A stretch of 64,000 nt of DNA, taken from positions 1 through 64,000 of IMG/VR virus record IMGVR_UViG_2974791771_000001; one strand, given 5' to 3'. The notes under the pieces are model-generated. The model saw only the letters and a program-made list of their open reading frames with translations, was not told the DNA's origin and made no database searches. The DNA is from a virus (lineage: Duplodnaviria; Caudoviricetes). Shown here one piece after another: positions 38,782 through 47,639 of this stretch (the stretch's first letter is position 1; every line of letters begins with the position of its first letter). Made by a program: the position numbers and the translations under genes.

Positions 38782-38965
38782 GGACCACGAGGGGCAACTA
38801 CTCGCCGAAGCAAGACGCTCCCCCGGTGGTGGGTTCATCGTTCTGTCCGTTCCGGTGTACAGCCCACGTTCGGCTGATGCGCCCGCTCGCACATGGCTGA
38901 CAGTGGCCGAGTCCAAGAAGCTCCGCAAGGCGCTGAAGAAAGCCGAGAAGAAGGTCAAACCCTAG
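38771..38965 (+). CDS. Hypothetical protein
   Basis: Coupled ORF. Confidence 0.55.
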   Translation: MKIRDHEGQLLAEARRSPGGGFIVLSVPVYSPRSADAPARTWLTVAESKKLRKALKKAEKKVKP

Positions 38966-38973
38966 GAGAGCAC

Positions 38974-39897
38974 ATCACAGACCACACAATTCAACGCGAC
39001 TACAACGACCGACCGTGGGTCATGCCGCCAGGTGCAGGCCCACTCACCGGAGAACCCAAGACGGGCAAAGCCCGCAACGGCAAACCGAAGACCTGGTGGA
39101 TTTCCAGGGACGCAACCCCGTACGCCCGCATGTCGGGCATCGCCAAGCCACTGGACAGCAAAGAGGGCCTTGTGGATTGGGCGGCAGCTCAGGCCGCTGT
39201 TGGTGTCATGCTCGACGAGGCCGCAAGGTCGAAGATCGTCACGCTCATCAACGAATACGATGCCGACCCGTGGAACAACGGGGACGACGGATCATTCAAG
39301 TCCGGCAAGTCTCGGCTGAAAGAGGCTGTCGAGCAGGCCCGTACGACCGCCGGCCAGAACGTTGCCTCTGCTGCCGGTACCGAGTTCCACACCCTGGGTG
39401 AGCTTCACAACCGTGGGAAGACGCCACGCATTGTGCAGGAACACCTTGTGCCGCTGTATGAGCACTACAAGGAACGGGTTGCCCCGCTGAAGTTCCTCAA
39501 CCAAGAGTTGTTTGTGGTGAATGATGAGCTTCAGTTGGCTGGTTCGCTGGACTATCTGATCGAGTTGCCCGATGGCCGTGTGGTTGTCGGGGACTTGAAG
39601 ACTGGCAAGTGGGATTTCAAGTATCCGATGTCGTGCACGACGCAGATCGCTGGATATGCGAATTCGGTTGTGTATGACCAGGCGACGGGCATTCGGACGC
39701 CGATTCATCCGGACTTGGATACGTCGGTGGGTTTGTTGGTGCACTTCCCGATTAAGACGAAGAATCCGAAGGTTCGTTTCTATGAGCTGGATTTGGAGTT
39801 GGGGATGCGTGCTGCCCGGATTGCTGGTGAGTTGTCGGAGTTGCAGCGAGAGTTCAAACGTAAGGGCGCTGAGCCGCGTCCGATCGAGTTTGTCTAG
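38974..39897 (+). CDS. PD-(D/E)xK exonuclease (RecE/Cas4-like)
   Basis: GTEFH, AGSLDYL..VVGDLKTG, QIAGYA; start uncertain (ATC candidate). Confidence 0.85.
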   Translation: MTDHTIQRDYNDRPWVMPPGAGPLTGEPKTGKARNGKPKTWWISRDATPYARMSGIAKPLDSKEGLVDWAAAQAAVGVMLDEAARSKIVTLINEYDADPWNNGDDGSFKSGKSRLKEAVEQARTTAGQNVASAAGTEFHTLGELHNRGKTPRIVQEHLVPLYEHYKERVAPLKFLNQELFVVNDELQLAGSLDYLIELPDGRVVVGDLKTGKWDFKYPMSCTTQIAGYANSVVYDQATGIRTPIHPDLDTSVGLLVHFPIKTKNPKVRFYELDLELGMRAARIAGELSELQREFKRKGAEPRPIEFV

Positions 39898-39909
39898 GAG
39901 GCAGACCTT

Positions 39910-40428
39910 TTGAGTTACAAGTATTACGTGGACGATGACGGCGAGTTCTATGCAACGGACCTTGAGGGCGATCTCAACGAGTACGATCGTGACAGCTCTG
40001 GCGATCTCGACTGGCAGGGTGTTGCCGATGTTCCGGTGGGCGAGCTGACCGAGCTGCTGCCTGCCGATCAGGTGGACACCGGATTCCAGCTTCCCGAGAC
40101 GACGGTGTACACGAACGATTCGGGCAGTCTCGTCATCGGGAAGGTCGAAGGCGACCCCGTGGGGTTGCGGTCCATTCTCGCCAACACGCCGGTTTCTGAT
40201 CTGGATGAGAAGGTTCGCAAGCTCACCAACGAGCTGGCCGTGTACATCCATCTGCGGGACTACCAGGCCAATGTCGCGAAGGTGGACGACGAGCTGATTC
40301 GGAAGATGGGTGACGCGTACCTGTCTGCTGCGAGCGCAGTTCCGGGAACTGTGGCGGGCATGAACGGACCGATCGCTGAGAAGTTCCTGGCGGGCATCCG
40401 AGCAGCATTGGAGGTTGCCCGTGGGTGA
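39910..40428 (+). CDS. Hypothetical protein
   Basis: ORF track. Confidence 0.7.
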   Translation: MSYKYYVDDDGEFYATDLEGDLNEYDRDSSGDLDWQGVADVPVGELTELLPADQVDTGFQLPETTVYTNDSGSLVIGKVEGDPVGLRSILANTPVSDLDEKVRKLTNELAVYIHLRDYQANVAKVDDELIRKMGDAYLSAASAVPGTVAGMNGPIAEKFLAGIRAALEVARG

Positions 40429-41092
40429 CATCATCTCCAAGCTCTCCCAGATTCAGGCCGAACTCAACGCCCCGAAGAACCAGCGCAACAACTTCGGCAA
40501 CTACAACTACCGTTCCGCCGAGGACATCACCGAGGCTGTCAAGCCGCACCTCGCCAAGCATGGTGTGGCCCTGGTCCTGGGTGACGAGATCGTGGAGGTT
40601 GGTGGCCGGGTCTACGTGCAGGCCACCGCAACCCTGATCGACGCGGACGGCAACCGTATCGAGGCGTCTGGTTGGGCTCGCGAGGCTGATTCGAAGAAGG
40701 GCATGGATGACGCTCAGGTCACCGGCTCGACCTCTTCGTATGCTCGCAAGTACGCCATGAACGGCTTGTTTGCGATCGATGATTCGAAGGATGCCGACAC
40801 CAACGAGCACGCCCGTCAGGCTGGCCGGGGTGAGGTTCCGAAGAAGAGTCAGGGCAAGCCTGCTGTGAAGAAGGCTGCTCCCGCGAAGAAGGCCGCACCC
40901 TCGAACGACGCGCCCGCCGGCCTGGACGCCAAAAAGGCGGAAGCCCTTGGCCTGCTGAAAGAGAAGAAGATTCCCGGCGGTGAGTTCAAGCTCTACCTGA
41001 TGACCTTGGGTGAATGGGACGGCGTTCCGGACATCGACTCCGAAGAGGCCCTGGACAACCTGATCGCTTGGGCCAACGCCTACGGTGAGTGA
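40421..41092 (+). CDS. erf: ERF-family ssDNA annealing protein
   Basis: FGNYNYRSAEDI, GSTSSYARKYAMNGLFAI. Confidence 0.9.
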   Translation: MGDIISKLSQIQAELNAPKNQRNNFGNYNYRSAEDITEAVKPHLAKHGVALVLGDEIVEVGGRVYVQATATLIDADGNRIEASGWAREADSKKGMDDAQVTGSTSSYARKYAMNGLFAIDDSKDADTNEHARQAGRGEVPKKSQGKPAVKKAAPAKKAAPSNDAPAGLDAKKAEALGLLKEKKIPGGEFKLYLMTLGEWDGVPDIDSEEALDNLIAWANAYGE

Positions 41093-41465
41093 CGCCGGGG
41101 TTGACCGGGCAAAGGTTGCACGTCGCCTGTGGGTTCTCTCGGAGATGTGCCAGCAGCTCCCCGACAACTCGGAGCACCCGTTCACCCGGTTCCGGGTAGC
41201 GAAGACGGCACTGTCCCGAGCGAAGGCACAGGCACTCTTGAAGGCTCCGATCCGGGATCCCCAAGACGAGACCCGGAAGATGACCGGCGATGACCGCGAA
41301 GCATGGACACTCGCTCAGCCCGAGGTGATTGCAGCCGAAGATGAGCTGGTTGTTGCAGAGGCAGCCTGGAACTACTACCAGGAACAGACGTGGGCTCGCA
41401 AAGACGAAGCCGAGTACCTACGCACCCTGTCTGCTGATGCTCGCGCAGATATGGCTCTCCTGTGA
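41085..41465 (+). CDS. Hypothetical coiled-coil protein
   Basis: Coupled ORF. Confidence 0.65.
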   Translation: MSDAGVDRAKVARRLWVLSEMCQQLPDNSEHPFTRFRVAKTALSRAKAQALLKAPIRDPQDETRKMTGDDREAWTLAQPEVIAAEDELVVAEAAWNYYQEQTWARKDEAEYLRTLSADARADMALL

Positions 41466-41743
41466 GTGCCTGGTGGTTGCGGGCGAAGTGCCGCGACATG
41501 GACCCGGAACTGTTCGCGGTCAGCAACCTGACGCCCGGACGAGAGAATGTTGAAGCGACCGCGCTGTGTGCCGGTTGCACGGTGATACCTGAATGCGCAG
41601 GAGATGCCCTTGCGGGTGTGAATGTGTCTCAGGTGTTGCGTGGCCCGTTGAAGACCACCCTGGCTGAGGCTGACGATGTTGTGCCTCAGTCGGGTGTGGT
41701 GCGGGCAGGCATGGTGATACCCGAGATTGAGGTGTTTCCCTGA
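41462..41743 (+). CDS. whiB: WhiB-family transcription factor
   Basis: CRDMDPELF..LCAGC.VIPEC..GVVRAG. Confidence 0.75.
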   Translation: MSAWWLRAKCRDMDPELFAVSNLTPGRENVEATALCAGCTVIPECAGDALAGVNVSQVLRGPLKTTLAEADDVVPQSGVVRAGMVIPEIEVFP

Positions 41744-42297
41744 TGGACTGGGATGATGACCCGGCAGACGAGTTTGACGAGCAAAGGTATGAGCCCTGGC
41801 GTGCAGTTGCGGGGAATGAGGCCGTCAATGAATTCGCTGGCGGGCCAAACTGCGGGGCAAGCCAGCGATCGTGGGCTGGCGGCGGCAAGTGCGCGACCGA
41901 GGATCCCCGGTTCTGGGACATGGACTTTTACAAGGATGTCAACGAAGACTTTCGGCCGAAGTTGGGCACTGCCATGATGGTGGACCCCAACTTCTCGCTT
42001 GCCGCCTCAATCCGGGGTGAGGCTGCACCGCTCGTGCGGGACACTCATGGGACCAACATGGAGAACATGGCCGAGAGACTTTGCCGAGGATGCCCGGTGC
42101 TGAGCCGGTGCGCGGCGAACGCCCTTGAGCCTATGTACTTCACGTCCCCAAAGGGGAACGCGGTCTTCCAGTCCGGGGTGATTCGTGCCGGGGTGCCGAT
42201 GGCTACAGAGCGAGATCGTTCCACATCGCCCCTGAGTCGGCGAACAATCGAGCGCCTAACCAAGGCTTCCGACACGGGCGTGTCCGGAGGGTGGTGA
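41743..42297 (+). CDS. Divergent WhiB-like protein with insertion
   Basis: CATEDPRFW...LCRGCPVLSRC...GVIRAG. Confidence 0.65.
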   Translation: MDWDDDPADEFDEQRYEPWRAVAGNEAVNEFAGGPNCGASQRSWAGGGKCATEDPRFWDMDFYKDVNEDFRPKLGTAMMVDPNFSLAASIRGEAAPLVRDTHGTNMENMAERLCRGCPVLSRCAANALEPMYFTSPKGNAVFQSGVIRAGVPMATERDRSTSPLSRRTIERLTKASDTGVSGGW

Positions 42298-42584
42298 CCG
42301 GCGCGTCGCACTTGCGGTCGAACATCCATTCGGACTAAATAGAGAACCTACCCGCCAAGGCAGCGAGAGCGTATCTGTACTGCCCGCCCACGAGATCGAA
42401 GCCGTGGGTGACCCCCGTCAGATGGGGAGGGTTCCTCATGCCCTCTGGATGGTCCCGATGTAAACGACCTGATGTTCCTGAGGGTCCGGTTGAGCACGTT
42501 CGTGACGGTCAAGGCAGACCCGGCGTCACATTCTTGTGGACAGTGCTCGTTTCTCTTTATGCATGGCGTCCTGCTCTATAGGCC

Positions 42585-42785
42585 GTGCCGTACCTAGATG
42601 AGGTGAAAGCTATGGGTTGGGTCCAGACTGAAGTCAAGTTCGTTGAGCCGAATGGTGTAGACAGACTGACAGTCGATGTCGTAAGCCACTATGTTCGGTT
42701 CCAGGTGAACGGCGGTCCGACGGTCATCATTCCAAGGAATGATCTGGACACTCTCATCGCTTTGCTCAACAACGCGAAGGGTTGA
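42585..42785 (+). CDS. Hypothetical protein
   Basis: ORF track. Confidence 0.55.
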   Translation: MPYLDEVKAMGWVQTEVKFVEPNGVDRLTVDVVSHYVRFQVNGGPTVIIPRNDLDTLIALLNNAKG

Positions 42786-42979
42786 AATTGGGCTGGAAAA
42801 CGAGAACTGAGAACCTACCGACTATTGTGGAAGCCTCGTATGACGACGGCGATGTACTCAGAGCTGAAGCCAGTGATGATGATATCGGCTTCTCGATCGA
42901 AGATTCCGCGACCGTCTTCGTTCCGAAGACTGAGCTGCGTGCACTGATCGAATTTCTCGAATCGCAAGCAAAAGGGTGA
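42782..42979 (+). CDS. Hypothetical protein (weakly similar to the previous ORF)
   Basis: Both end IP...L..LI..L. Confidence 0.55.
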   Translation: MKLGWKTRTENLPTIVEASYDDGDVLRAEASDDDIGFSIEDSATVFVPKTELRALIEFLESQAKG

Positions 42980-43066
42980 ACCTCGTCGGAATCGTGCTCG
43001 CAGGAGGGTGGATGGCAGCCATCTTCTTATGCATCAACCCCCACTACTGCCCCGGATGGATGCTGA

Positions 43067-43318
43067 ATGCAGCATATCGACTATCCGGTTCTTGAGTCCG
43101 TCGATTCCCTGAACAAGGAACTCGTTGGCACTGTCATTCGGTCGAGCACTCATGTGTTTGTGAAGGCTACGAAGCGTCAGTGGATTCAGCCTGGTTCGAC
43201 TGTGTTGAGGGATACTGCGGAACTGTTCATTTTGGATGATCGCGGCATGTTCGATGTGTTGTGGCGTCCTGAGAAGTCCAAGCGGGTCGATGACGACGAT
43301 TATCTGACTCTGCTGTAG
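43067..43318 (+). CDS. Hypothetical protein
   Basis: ORF track. Confidence 0.6.
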   Translation: MQHIDYPVLESVDSLNKELVGTVIRSSTHVFVKATKRQWIQPGSTVLRDTAELFILDDRGMFDVLWRPEKSKRVDDDDYLTLL

Positions 43319-43336
43319 CGAAGAGAGACTGATGCA

Positions 43337-43579
43337 ATGAGTCCACGGGATCCTCTCTGGGAGGTTCGGGACGAAATCGAGTATGTGCGCAGTCAGAACG
43401 GCTGGCTCAAATCTGTCTCCGTTCCTGTCGGCCTGGCGGAGATCCTGATTGCGGAACACGACCAGCTTTCGAATCTTCTGAATTACGACACTTCGTGTGT
43501 TCGTTGCGCGGAATGGCTTGACGATCAGGTTGAGATGGACGAGCACGAATACGCAATGTTCGAATGGGGTTGGCAATGA
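43337..43579 (+). CDS. Hypothetical protein
   Basis: ORF track. Confidence 0.6.
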   Translation: MSPRDPLWEVRDEIEYVRSQNGWLKSVSVPVGLAEILIAEHDQLSNLLNYDTSCVRCAEWLDDQVEMDEHEYAMFEWGWQ

Positions 43580-44085
43580 GTAACGGGTTTACGAATTCCC
43601 ACAACCCGAGCAAGGGTGGCGGGCAGCGAGAAACACGGTGGCTGACTCCACGGGAGATCGTTGAACCCCTTGGAGAGTTCGACCTGGATCCTGCGGGCGC
43701 TCCTGGACATCAGCTAGCAGCTTTCACGTTCATGCCTGAGAACGGCTTGGATGGTTTGGAAGAGGATTGGTTGCGGTTCCGTGTGTGGCTGAATCCGCCG
43801 TATGGGAAAGAGCTTGTCCCGTTCATGCGGAAGATGGCCGAGCACAACTATGGCACCGCGTTGGTGTTTGCCAGGACTGAGACTGAGTGGTTCAGGAATT
43901 ACGTGTGGGGTGCTGCTACGGCTTTGTTGTTTCTGTCGAATCGGTTGCATTTCCTTGAGCCGGATGGGACTCGTGCGAAACATAATGCCGGCGCTCCGTC
44001 CGTGCTGGTTGCGTATGGGGCTGAGGATGCGCAGATGCTTGCTGAGTCGGGTTTGGATGGTTTCTATGTGAGGATTCGGGAATGA
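43576..44085 (+). CDS. Phage DNA N6-adenine methyltransferase
   Basis: WLTP..FDLDPA, VWLNPPYG. Confidence 0.85.
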   Translation: MSNGFTNSHNPSKGGGQRETRWLTPREIVEPLGEFDLDPAGAPGHQLAAFTFMPENGLDGLEEDWLRFRVWLNPPYGKELVPFMRKMAEHNYGTALVFARTETEWFRNYVWGAATALLFLSNRLHFLEPDGTRAKHNAGAPSVLVAYGAEDAQMLAESGLDGFYVRIRE

Positions 44086-44315
44086 CGAAACGAACTTTCA
44101 GAAGGCTGGCATACATGGTCGAAACGCTGGTGGGCATCGTGGCCTCATCGTGGTTTGCGGCAGTCCTCATCGAATATCCGTCTGCCGAGGAACCGCCCGC
44201 CCTGGTTCTGGTGACTTGGCTTGTTGCCGGGGTTGCTGCGGGGCTCGTCATTATCCACGGGGTGCTCTCTGGCCTCTCTGCCGCGAGTCGCCTGTACGAC
44301 AGCCTTCCGGAGTGA
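44082..44315 (+). CDS. Membrane protein
   Basis: Two TM segments. Confidence 0.6.
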   Translation: MTKRTFRRLAYMVETLVGIVASSWFAAVLIEYPSAEEPPALVLVTWLVAGVAAGLVIIHGVLSGLSAASRLYDSLPE

Positions 44316-44317
44316 CG

Positions 44318-44590
44318 ATGACGTGCACGACTATTCCTACGTCGTGGCTCACCCTGCACAACGTGCATGAGCCGAATGAGCATTGCGAGACGGCGTGTGT
44401 GATTCACAACCCTTCCGAGCATCACATGCGGTTGTGGCGTCTGCATTGGCGTCAGGATCGTGGAATCTTCGAGCGGATTTGTCCGCAACATGGTGTTGGT
44501 CATCCTGATCCGGATCAGTTTCCGTATTGGATGGCGGTTGGTCAGGGTTCTCAGGCATTGCATGGTTGTTGTGGCTGCTGCGCGGGGTAA
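44318..44590 (+). CDS. Cys/His-rich putative metal-binding protein
   Basis: H..C...CVIH, ERICPQHGVGHPDPD, HGCCGCC. Confidence 0.65.
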   Translation: MTCTTIPTSWLTLHNVHEPNEHCETACVIHNPSEHHMRLWRLHWRQDRGIFERICPQHGVGHPDPDQFPYWMAVGQGSQALHGCCGCCAG

Positions 44591-44918
44591 CGAGAAGGAA
44601 TGCCGCCGCATCGTCTACGAGCGCTCAGAAGGCGTCTGTGAGATTTGCTGCATGGCCCCGGCTCAGTCAGTCCACCATCGCCGGAAACGCAGCCACGGAG
44701 GACCCTGGACGGCAGCAAACTGCATCCACATCTGCGGGGACGGTACGCGGGGCTGTCACGGCTGGATAGAAGCCCATCCGAAAGAAGCTCACGACCGAGG
44801 CTATTGGGTGTGGTCGTGGGAAGACGAACGGGCGATGCCCATTTTCTTGTGGGGCGACTGGGTGTTGCTGCAAGAGGATGGTTCGAAGATCAAGACGACT
44901 GAACGGGAGTTTGAGTGA
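44571..44918 (+). CDS. HNH endonuclease
   Basis: CEIC..VHHRRKRSHGG..NCIHIC..CHGWIE. Confidence 0.85.
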   Translation: MAAARGNEKECRRIVYERSEGVCEICCMAPAQSVHHRRKRSHGGPWTAANCIHICGDGTRGCHGWIEAHPKEAHDRGYWVWSWEDERAMPIFLWGDWVLLQEDGSKIKTTEREFE

Positions 44919-45124
44919 AGAAACTGGTGACGCTGGCCGTCGCGGGCATTGCCGGGGTGGCAATACTCACCGGCTGCGGTGGAGGGAACTTCGGCCACGC
45001 CAGTCCTGAGGATTACGACGTGTACGAAGTCGAGCCGCGCGACAACCGCGAACTGACCTGCCTGGTGTTCAACCCGGACACCGACACCGAGTCATTCTCC
45101 TGCGACTGGGCGAATGCGAAATGA
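44915..45124 (+). CDS. Small lipoprotein
   Basis: Lipobox ILTGC. Confidence 0.75.
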   Translation: MKKLVTLAVAGIAGVAILTGCGGGNFGHASPEDYDVYEVEPRDNRELTCLVFNPDTDTESFSCDWANAK

Positions 45125-45134
45125 GGGAGACTGA

Positions 45135-46433
45135 TTGGTTGACGTACTCAAACAAGCACTAGAAACAACCGTCCGATCCACCGACGAACGAATCCTGATC
45201 GCAGGACTCACCAACCTAGGTATGCGGGACACCATGCCCCAATACCTCGACAAGCTCGACGGTGAGGATTTCCACTTCAAGGACCACGGGTCCATCTGGC
45301 AGGCCGCACAGAAACTCGCCGCCGACTCGCGCACCATCTCTCCCGAGAATCTGAAGATGAAGCTGCGTACACAGACGCAGAAGAACATCGTTGATGATCT
45401 CGCTGGGCAGTCTGTCCGGGAGATTGAGATTCAGCGTGGTATCGAGATTGTGCGGGCAGCGTCGAAGCGTCGCAATCTGATTCGGACTTTGCGGGAGGTC
45501 GCAGAGTTCATCACCGAGACGGAAGAGTTCGCGCCGGCCTTGGACTTTGCGCATTCGAAGTTGCGGAACCTGGATGCCGCCGAGGTTGAGGACAGCAGCT
45601 CCGATCTCGTGGATTCGCTCGACAACTTCTGGAACGAGGTCGACGCGGAACCCGAAGAGCGTGAGGATGTGTGGCCCACCCAGTATGCCAGCCTGAATAA
45701 GAAGCTGAACGGCGGTATCCGTCGTGGCCGAATGTATCTGGTGGGTGGCCGACCCGGCGAAGGTAAGTCGCTGCTGCTGACGAACATCGCTGGCGAGTTC
45801 GCAAAGCCCGCACTGAATCTGAAGCAACTGGTCTTCTCGGCCGAGATGTCTCGGCGCGAGGTGATGAACAGGCTGATGGCGGCGGGCGCGTACGCGGACT
45901 ACGGGGCACTGGAACGTGGCGAGGTATCCGAAGAGGATCGTGCAGCGTTGCAGAAGTACTCCGACGAGATTCGGAATGCTTCGCTGGCCGTGGTGGACAA
46001 GCCTTCGATCTCGGTGCGTGATATTCGGGCGCAGGCCACGGCAATGAAACGCCAGGGCGGGCTTGATGTGATCTATGTGGACTATCTACAGATCATCAAC
46101 CCGGATGATCGGAGTCTCCGCAAGGATATTCAGATCGGTGACATGTCGGAGTCGCTAAAGAAGTTGGCTCGCGAGTTGGATGTTGCGATCTTCGTGGCTG
46201 TGCAGCTCAATCGTTCTCAGTACGACAAGGGCGATAAGCGGATGCCAACTCTGACGGACATTCGGGATTCGGACAAACCGGCGCAGGACGCCGATGTGGT
46301 GTTCCTGATCCATCACCCCAAGGGGCATCACACAGTTGGTGGTGATGTCCAGCTCTGTATGCCTAAGAACCGTACGGGCGGGGTGGCAATTGAAACGCGT
46401 GCTTGGCGAGCTGACCAAGCGCGCATCGCTTAA
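45135..46433 (+). CDS. dnaB: DnaB-like replicative helicase
   Basis: GRPGEGKS, VIYVDYLQII, QLNR, QDADVV, KNRTG. Confidence 0.93.
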   Translation: MVDVLKQALETTVRSTDERILIAGLTNLGMRDTMPQYLDKLDGEDFHFKDHGSIWQAAQKLAADSRTISPENLKMKLRTQTQKNIVDDLAGQSVREIEIQRGIEIVRAASKRRNLIRTLREVAEFITETEEFAPALDFAHSKLRNLDAAEVEDSSSDLVDSLDNFWNEVDAEPEEREDVWPTQYASLNKKLNGGIRRGRMYLVGGRPGEGKSLLLTNIAGEFAKPALNLKQLVFSAEMSRREVMNRLMAAGAYADYGALERGEVSEEDRAALQKYSDEIRNASLAVVDKPSISVRDIRAQATAMKRQGGLDVIYVDYLQIINPDDRSLRKDIQIGDMSESLKKLARELDVAIFVAVQLNRSQYDKGDKRMPTLTDIRDSDKPAQDADVVFLIHHPKGHHTVGGDVQLCMPKNRTGGVAIETRAWRADQARIA

Positions 46434-46453
46434 CAGAAAGAGACACAACACAT

Positions 46454-46804
46454 ATGGCAATGCCTACCATCACCGGCCAGGGAATGATCTTCGCGGGCAA
46501 GGACGACGAGTTCGCGTTCGGTTACGGCCAGTCCGGGAAGGCGTGGCTGAAGGCCACCATCGGCGTTTCGGCGAAGCGCAAGAACGACTACGGCGAGTAC
46601 GAGACCGTCAAGCAGGCCAACATCGACGTGTCGGCGTTCGGTTCCCTCGCGGAGCAGATTCAGGAGTCAATCAGGCACAAGGACATCGTGAACTTCACGG
46701 CCCGCCTCGACGGCACCGACACCTTCGAGAAGAAGGACGGCACCACCAACGTCAAGCTGACGGCCACCCTCGATTCCATCGGCAAGGTTGACCCGCGCGA
46801 CTGA
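46454..46804 (+). CDS. ssb: Single-stranded DNA-binding protein
   Basis: OB-fold pattern GQSGKAWLKATIG..DVSAFGSLAE. Confidence 0.8.
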   Translation: MAMPTITGQGMIFAGKDDEFAFGYGQSGKAWLKATIGVSAKRKNDYGEYETVKQANIDVSAFGSLAEQIQESIRHKDIVNFTARLDGTDTFEKKDGTTNVKLTATLDSIGKVDPRD

Positions 46805-46815
46805 TGAATTCTGTT

Positions 46816-46842
46816 GGGGAGGGGCCTGATCGGTCCCTCCCC
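46816..46842 (+). terminator. GC-rich hairpin after ssb
   Basis: GGGGAGGGGCC/GGTCCCTCCCC. Confidence 0.4.
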
Positions 46843-46859
46843 TTCACGTGGAGGGATGT

Positions 46860-47111
46860 ATGGCTACAGCAACTATTGATGATGTTCAGGTGGACGTGAG
46901 TTTGCCTGAGGTGGACTTCGCCCCTCCGTGTGAGGTGCAGGAGTCGGCGCATGGGATTGAACCGTGGGAAGACTGCGAAGAGGTCGCCACCCACGAGATC
47001 GTGTTCACAACGAGCAGAGACACGGTGCTTCGCAAGTTCGCCTGCGGTAACTGCCTGCTCGAAATCTGGTCGCTGGGGCGGATGCTTTCGGCCACCAAGT
47101 TGGGAGGCTGA
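46860..47111 (+). CDS. Small Zn-binding hypothetical protein
   Basis: C..C, H, CGNC. Confidence 0.6.
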   Translation: MATATIDDVQVDVSLPEVDFAPPCEVQESAHGIEPWEDCEEVATHEIVFTTSRDTVLRKFACGNCLLEIWSLGRMLSATKLGG

Positions 47112-47639
47112 ATGTCAGACCTGTTGAAAGAGGCGGATCACATCGTGTCCGGTGACCGTGCAGGCGATTACGGGGAGAACAGTCTCCCGGCGATTGCCCG
47201 GTTGTGGTCGGAGCATGTGGGTTCGGAGATCACGGCGCGGGATGTGGCGTGGATGATGGTTCTGCTGAAGTCGGTTCGTGACCGGCATAAAGAGAAGCGG
47301 GACAACCTGGTTGATGCGATCGGGTATATCCAGTTGGCTGAGGTGAACACGACTCCTGAGCCGGTGAAGGTTCAGGGTGAGATGATTATCCCTGCCGCTG
47401 AGGCCCTGTCGCCGAACGGGCAGAATCTTCTCAAGGCGATCAACGAGGCGGAACCGGCCTCGCGCGATGGGTTCAAGGTTGGCGACCGCGTGAAGGTCGT
47501 TGCGGGGTTCAAGTCCAAGATTGGGCGCACGGGCGAAGTCCTGGACATCGACGGCGCTTTCATCGAAGTATCGGATGCAAACGACTCCGATGGGAGCTTC
47601 CCGTACACTGCCCGCGAGCTGGCGCACGTAACCGAGTGA
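47112..47639 (+). CDS. DUF6378-like protein with C-terminal SH3/KOW-like domain
   Basis: DRAGDYG, LKSVR..DNLVDAIGY; GFKVGDRVKV. Confidence 0.65.
   Translation: MSDLLKEADHIVSGDRAGDYGENSLPAIARLWSEHVGSEITARDVAWMMVLLKSVRDRHKEKRDNLVDAIGYIQLAEVNTTPEPVKVQGEMIIPAAEALSPNGQNLLKAINEAEPASRDGFKVGDRVKVVAGFKSKIGRTGEVLDIDGAFIEVSDANDSDGSFPYTARELAHVTE

Noticed and set aside
42294-42582. Possible interrupted ORF (in-frame TAA near 42337) or ncRNA after the WhiB pair
   Set aside because: No recognisable motifs and only weak stems; insufficient support.
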